Shown here in pieces: positions 58,967 through 64,000 of a DNA stretch of 64,000 nt (position 1 is the stretch's first letter; every line of letters begins with the position of its first letter). The position numbers and the translations under genes are program-made. Location of the stretch: positions 3,136,001-3,200,000 of the forward strand of contig JASGHJ010000002.1 of NCBI GenBank assembly GCA_047602405.1, read 5' to 3'. The notes under the pieces are model-generated. The model was not told where the DNA came from, did not search any database, and saw only the letters and a program-made list of their open reading frames with translations. The stretch is from Anaeromyxobacteraceae bacterium (GTDB lineage Bacteria; Myxococcota; Myxococcia; Myxococcales; Anaeromyxobacteraceae).

Positions 58967-60629
58967 TCACCCGCACGTGTTCGGGGTGGTCACGGTGCTC
59001 GACGGCGCCACCACCGTCGAGGCGAAGAAGTTCGTGCACCCGCCGGCGGCGGTGAGCTGGTTGTTCTGGATGGTGATGCGCGCGAACGTGGGGGTGGCGT
59101 ACTGGGTCGTGAACTGCCGCAGGTTGATCCCGTAGCGCGGCACGTTCTTGATCACGTTGTTCGTGATGACGACGTCGGTCGTCGCGCTGCCGTAGCCGAG
59201 GATCCGGATGCCGTCGGGCATCGAGCCGGAGTGGACGGAGTTGATGGTGTTCCCGTCGATGGTGAGGTGGTCGACCGTGTCGGAGGTGAACTGGCCGTTC
59301 ACGACCAGGGACGTGTCGATGCCGGAGCCCACGTTGGTCATCACGTTGCCCGACACCGTCATGTAGTGGCTGCCGTTCTGCAGGCCGATGCCGGCCCAGG
59401 AGAGGTCGCCGTTCGAGATCCGGTTGTTGGCGATGTTGCCCAGCCGGCAGTTCTCGAGCTTCATCGCGTTGCGCTCGAAGCCGTCCCAGACGTTGTTCTC
59501 GACGTAGAGGTTGCTCGTCTGCTGGAGGACGAGCCCGTTCGCGTTCACCGCGGCGTCGCGCGAGCGGGCGTTCGTCACGGTGTTGCCCACGAACGAGAAG
59601 CCGGCAATGAAGCGCGAGGGATCGCCCGACACGTACGGCGACACCGAGAAGACGGCCTCGAAGTTGTTGTCGCGGAACACGCTGTTCGTCACCCGCACGT
59701 CCGAGACGTTGCGCGGCGCGATCGCGGCGCCGTAGACGTTCCGGAAGGTCGCGCCCTCGACGGTGAGCCCGGCGAGCGCGCCGCCGTCCATCTTCAACCC
59801 GGCGCGGTAGCTGCGCCCGGTGAAGCTGTCGTTGAAGCCGCCGGCGGGCTGGGCCGCCCGGTTGCCGTCCACGACGCAGTTCCTGAGCGTGAACCCGCCG
59901 GCCCTGACGTCGAGCGCGGGCGAGCCGTCGCCCGAGGCGAGCGCCTTGAGCTTGATCGTGGCGGCCGGCGTGCCGGTGCAGACGATGGTGGTGTTCGCGC
60001 GGTTCACCGTCACCGCGCGGACGAGGTAGGTGCCCGAGCCGGGGACGGCGACGGTGCCGTCGGCCGTCTGCGCGATGGCGGCGTTGAAGGCCGCCGTGTC
60101 GTCCACGCCGTTCGGCGCGGGCACGGTCGTGCCGGTCGGCGTGGGCGTCGGCGTCGGCGTCGGCGTCGGGGTGGGGGTCGGGGTCGGGGTCGGGGTCGTC
60201 GGCTGGAGGATGCTGGATCCAGGAGTAGTCCCGCACCCAGGCGCGGCGCTTGCTCACGGCCCACACCTTGTACGCGTTCGCGGTGCCGGGCACCGCGCCC
60301 GCCGGGGCGCGGTACGAGCCCGTCGCGCTGACGTAGCCGTACGCGGCGCTCCCGCCGACCGGGCCTCCCGGCGCGGTCGCGGTCGCGGCGGTCGTGTACC
60401 AGCTGCAGTCCGTCGCGCTGCCTCCCGTGTAGCTGCCGGCAATCTGCACCGTGCCGCCGGGCTCGACGCTCGCCACCCACAACCCGATGCTCGTCACGCC
60501 ACGGAGCGCGTCCTCCTGTGAGACGCCCGTGTCGGGCGCCGCGTCGGGCGCGTCGGCGGAGCCGCAGGCGGTGGTGATCGTGAGGCCAAGCAGGGCGGCG
60601 AGGAGGGGTAGTCGTCGGGTCGTCATCAA
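58967..60629 (-). CDS. Lipoprotein with Pro-Thr linker and right-handed beta-helix domain; +1 frameshift near 60215
   Basis: TTAC lipobox-like, (PT)n linker, GVDDTAAFNAAI, repeated I.NN.I motifs. Confidence 0.85.
60124..60200 (-). repeat. Hexamer repeat (CCGACC/CCGACG)n encoding the Pro-Thr linker
   Basis: gtcggc/gtcggg units on the + strand. Confidence 0.8.
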
Positions 60630-60841
60630 TCTCTTCGGTCCGGGGTGAGCGGCAGTTCACGAACCGTGATACGCACCCACCATGCTCCGGTGACGCGCGC
60701 TCACGGTGGGTCCGAAGAGAACCAGAGGAGGATGTGTGCAGGAAAGGCCCGCCGTGCGTGGTGGGGCGAGGCCACGCGGCGTCCGGGTGGCCTCACCACC
60801 CCGGCGGCGGAGGAGGCCGGCCTCGCCTCAGGCGAGGCGGC

Positions 60842-62092
60842 TCACTCGCAGGTGTTGCCGGAGTCCGTGACGTCCGTGGGCTGGACGGCGCTCCCGGTGA
60901 ACCACGCGCCGCACTGGCCCGCGCTCCGCACGCGGTTGTCGCGGATGGTGATGCGCGAGAACGTGGGCGCGGGGGCGTAGTTCACGAACTGTCGCAGGTT
61001 GATCGCGTTGCGGGGTACGCCCTCGATGTCGTTCCCCTCGATCACGAGATCGGTGGCGGCCGGGCCGTACCCGAGGAGCCGGATGCCGTCGGGCAGCCGC
61101 CCGTTCCGTATGGTCCGGATGGTGTTGCCGCGGATGGTGATCCCGCCGAGCCCGTCGGGGCGGTACTGCCCGCCCACCACGAGCGAGCTGTCGATGCCCG
61201 ACCCCGCGTCGGAGATCCGGTTCCCCTCGATCACGAGCGCGTGACCCCCGTTCTGCAGCGTGATCGCGCCGAAGCTCTGGAGGCTTCCGTTCCTGAGCTC
61301 GTTGTTCGCGATCCGGCCCTCGCGGCAGTTCTCGAGCTTCATGCCGGCCCGCTCGTACCCGTCCCAGACGTTGTCCTCGATGCGCAGCCCTCTCATCTGG
61401 TGCACGAGGAGGCCGTTCGCGTTCACGCTGCCGTGGCCCGACCCGGTGCGGGTCACGTGGTTGCCGACGAACGTGAACCCGTCGAGGAAGTGATCGGGAT
61501 CGCCGGACGGGAACGCGTTGTCCGCGAACACGGGCTCGAAGGCGTTGTCGAGGAAGGTGCTCCTCTCGACGCGGAGGTCGCGGACGTTCCGGGTGGCGAT
61601 GGCGGCGCCGTAGAGGTTCCGGAAGGTGGCCCGCTCCACCGCGAGCCCGGAGTAGGCGCCGTCGGCGCGGATCCCCGCCCGGAAGCCGCGCCCGGCGAAG
61701 CTGTCGCTCAGCCCGCCGTCCGGCTGGACGGCCCGGTTCCCATCGAGGAGGCAGCCGCTCAGCGTGAACCGGTCGGCCGCGATCTCGAGGATCGGCGCGC
61801 CGTCACCCCGCGCGAGCGCCGGGAGCTTCAGCGTCGCGGGCGGTGAGCCGGTGCAGGCGAGCGTGACGCCGGGGCGGGTGATCAGGAGCGCCCGCACGTC
61901 GTACGTGCGCGAGTCGGGGAGCACCACGCGGCCGTCCGGCGAGGCCTCGATGGCGCGCTGCAGCGCTCCGGAGTCGGACGGCGGCTCGACACGCACCGCC
62001 TCGAGGCTCGCCGCGCTCCAATCGCAGCTCGGACCGAAGGTCCACGCCGCGAGCGCCACCACGAACACCAGCGAGGCGGCGGCGAGTCGCAT
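60842..62092 (-). CDS. Exported right-handed beta-helix protein, paralog of 58967-60629
   Basis: Shared blocks PATLKL.ALA.GDG.P.L, DGNRA.QP.GG..DSF.GR, MKLENCR.G.IANN, PDGIR.LGYG, INLRQF. Confidence 0.88.
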   Translation of the reverse strand: MRLAAASLVFVVALAAWTFGPSCDWSAASLEAVRVEPPSDSGALQRAIEASPDGRVVLPDSRTYDVRALLITRPGVTLACTGSPPATLKLPALARGDGAPILEIAADRFTLSGCLLDGNRAVQPDGGLSDSFAGRGFRAGIRADGAYSGLAVERATFRNLYGAAIATRNVRDLRVERSTFLDNAFEPVFADNAFPSGDPDHFLDGFTFVGNHVTRTGSGHGSVNANGLLVHQMRGLRIEDNVWDGYERAGMKLENCREGRIANNELRNGSLQSFGAITLQNGGHALVIEGNRISDAGSGIDSSLVVGGQYRPDGLGGITIRGNTIRTIRNGRLPDGIRLLGYGPAATDLVIEGNDIEGVPRNAINLRQFVNYAPAPTFSRITIRDNRVRSAGQCGAWFTGSAVQPTDVTDSGNTCE

Positions 62093-62165
62093 GTCGAGAA
62101 CGTACGCGGCGATCTCCCGGACCGGCACGGCCCCGAAGGGCCCGGGATGCCCACCTTGCCCGGTG

Positions 62166-62891
62166 ATGCCCGTGGACGCGCCGCCTCGCCCGCATCCCCT
62201 GCCGCCGCTCGCCGACGCGGCGGCCCGGCGGAGGCCGTCCCGCCGGCCGGACCCACCCACGGTGAGGCTGCGCCGGGGCCGCCTGCTCGTCGCGGCGCTG
62301 CTCGAGCCCGCGGTGCGGCTGGCGGGGCTGCTCGGGCTCCTCGCCGGCCGGGAGCCCGGCCCGGTGGAGGCGCGGGTCCGCGGCGCGCTCGTCGCCGGGC
62401 CCGCCGCGCGCCTCCGCCTCGGCCGCGGGGTGGTCTTCGCCGGGCCGCCGGGGCGCTTCGTGTTCGGGCGCCGCGTCACGCTCCACGGCCGGTGCTACCT
62501 GGACGCGAACGGCCCCGGGGGCGCCGTCTTCATCGGCGAGGGCACGCACGTCGACCAGCACGGCGTGCTCTACGGCCAGGGGGGATTGCGCATCGGCGCC
62601 GACTGCGCCCTCGCGGCCGGCGTGATCGTCTACTCCCAGACCAACCAAGACGCCCTCGAGGATGGGACCCCGGTGGCGCTGCAGCCGACGGCGTACGCGG
62701 CCGTGGCCATGGGTGACGGCTGCTGGCTCGGGGCGGGGGTCCGGGTCCTCCCGGGCGTCCGGCTCGGGGACGGGGTGCACGTCGGCGCGGGTGCGGTCGT
62801 GACGCGCGATCTCGAGTCCTACACCATCGCGGTCGGCGTGCCGGCGCGCACGCTCCGGGCGCGGCCGCGCCGGGGTCGCGGGCCGGCGTGA
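62166..62891 (+). CDS. Hexapeptide-repeat (LbH) acyltransferase; start uncertain
   Basis: IGEGT, IGADC, MGDGCWLG..V.VLPGV.LG....VGAGAVVTRD...GVPAR. Confidence 0.85.
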   Translation: MPVDAPPRPHPLPPLADAAARRRPSRRPDPPTVRLRRGRLLVAALLEPAVRLAGLLGLLAGREPGPVEARVRGALVAGPAARLRLGRGVVFAGPPGRFVFGRRVTLHGRCYLDANGPGGAVFIGEGTHVDQHGVLYGQGGLRIGADCALAAGVIVYSQTNQDALEDGTPVALQPTAYAAVAMGDGCWLGAGVRVLPGVRLGDGVHVGAGAVVTRDLESYTIAVGVPARTLRARPRRGRGPA

Positions 62892-64000
62892 AGGGCGGGC
62901 GGATCACCCCGCGCGCGCTCGCGGTGGCGGGCGCCGCCGCGCTCGCCCTGGCGCTCGCGGGCGGGTACCTCGAGCTCGCCCCGCCCCGGTACACGGCGAG
63001 CGCGGTCATCCAGCTCCAGCGCGGCCCCTCCACCCTGCGCAAGGTGGAGGATTCTGGCCGAGGCGCTCGCGGAGGAGCCCCCCACCGAGCCCGAGATCGA
63101 GCACCTCCGGTCGCGCGCGCTCGCCGCGGAGGTGGTGGAGCGCCTCTCGCTCGACGTGCGCACGGCGCCCCGGACCTTCCCGCTCGTGGGCGGCGCGCTC
63201 GCCCGGCGCCACCGGGGCCCCGGGCTCGCGGCCCCGCCGCCCGGGCTCGCGCGCTTCGCCTGGGGTGGCGAGCGGCTCCGGCTCGATCGCCTCACGGTCT
63301 CGGCCGACCTCGCGGGCAGCGCGCTCCGGGTCGAGGTGCTCCCCGGGGAGCGGCTCTCGGTCGTGGCGCCCGGGGGCCTCGCGGCCGCGGGCCGGATCGG
63401 CGAGACGATCTCCGCGGCGCGGGGCGACTCCGCGTTCGCGCTGCGCGCCGTCGAGGTCGTGGCCCGTCCCGGGACCGCGTTCGACGTCACCCGCCTGAAA
63501 CCCGGCGAGGCCGAGCGCGAGCTCGGCGACCGGCTCGCCGTCACCGAGCGCGCCCGGGGCTCGGGCCTCCTCGCGGTGGGCGTGGAATGGGACGACCCCG
63601 CGCGCGCGGCCGAGATCGCGGGCGAGGTCGCGGCCGTCTACCTCCGGGGGAGCGCCGCGCGGCGCTCCGCCGAGGCGGCCCGCACGCTCGCCCTCCTCGA
63701 GGAGCGGCTGCCGCTGATCCGGGCCGAGCTCTCGGCCGACGAGGCGAGGCTCGTCGGCTACCTCGGCCAGCACCTCGCCGTCGGCCTCCCCGGCGGACTG
63801 CAGGCGGTGATCCGGCGGGGGACGGCCCTGCGCCGGGAGCTCTCCGAGGTGGCGCTCCTGCTCGCCGACGCGCGGCGCCGCTTCGGCGACGAGCACCCCG
63901 CGGTGATCGCGCTCGAGCAGCGGGCCGCGCGCATCCGGGACGGGCTCGCCGGACAGGCCTCGAGCGTGCGCGCCGTCCCCGAGGAGGGGGCGGAGTCGGT
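62888..64000 (+). CDS. Second Wzc/chain-length-regulator-like protein (partial; +1 frameshift at 63050-63054)
   Basis: P.YTASAVIQ, EIE.LRSR, FPLVG.A.ARR, WGGE, RRSAEA.RTL..LE..LP, HPAV; collinear with the Wzc at 42655-44922. Confidence 0.8.
   Translation, partial: MKGGRITPRALAVAGAAALALALAGGYLELAPPRYTASAVIQLQRGPSTLRKVEDSGRGARGGAPHRARDRAPPVARARRGGGGAPLARRAHGAPDLPARGRRARPAPPGPRARGPAARARALRLGWRAAPARSPHGLGRPRGQRAPGRGAPRGAALGRGARGPRGRGPDRRDDLRGAGRLRVRAARRRGRGPSRDRVRRHPPETRRGRARARRPARRHRARPGLGPPRGGRGMGRPRARGRDRGRGRGRLPPGERRAALRRGGPHARPPRGAAAADPGRALGRRGEARRLPRPAPRRRPPRRTAGGDPAGDGPAPGALRGGAPARRRAAPLRRRAPRGDRARAAGRAHPGRARRTGLERARRPRGGGGVG

Noticed and set aside
60124..60200. Phase-variable simple sequence repeat, or Asp-Pro repeat protein
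   Set aside because: Hexamer units keep the frame and encode an ordinary Pro-Thr linker once the nearby +1 is corrected

Overview
64 kb of very GC-rich bacterial DNA. Gene content and style suggest a myxobacterium such as Anaeromyxobacter; this is inferred, not searched. (1) 1-19.2 kb is mostly housekeeping: glnE 3' end, a RAYT-type HUH transposase, a large lipoprotein, patatin, ilvE, a degenerate Fic, nfo, a DHH phosphoesterase, a cysteine desulfurase, a Ser/Thr kinase, a TPR protein, 6S RNA-ygfA-ymdB, tyrS, rlmE, a ferredoxin and SIMPL. A GTAG-type REP-like repeat is dispersed through this part. (2) 19.2-33.0 kb is a ~13.75 kb element integrated in tRNA-Pro(GGG) between exact 46-bp att repeats. 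It encodes an integrase, AlpA, a primase-helicase, both terminase subunits and small helical proteins (one with a scaffold-like C-terminus), but no recognisable capsid, portal or tail gene, so it looks like an unusual phage satellite. Its cargo is an orphan ABC/AAA ATPase, a promoter-two covarying hairpin repeats-terminator unit (candidate ncRNA), a KTYP/ETVC-motif protein and DUF488, which together make a candidate new defence or toxin-antitoxin system. (3) 33-42 kb holds a lower-GC three-gene module, a GDSL hydrolase, an RCC1-repeat lipoprotein and a hybrid kinase. (4) 42-64 kb is a Wzx/Wzy capsule/EPS cluster. Eleven +1 frameshifts fall in or next to GATC, which points to a methylation-linked sequencing artefact rather than true pseudogenes.
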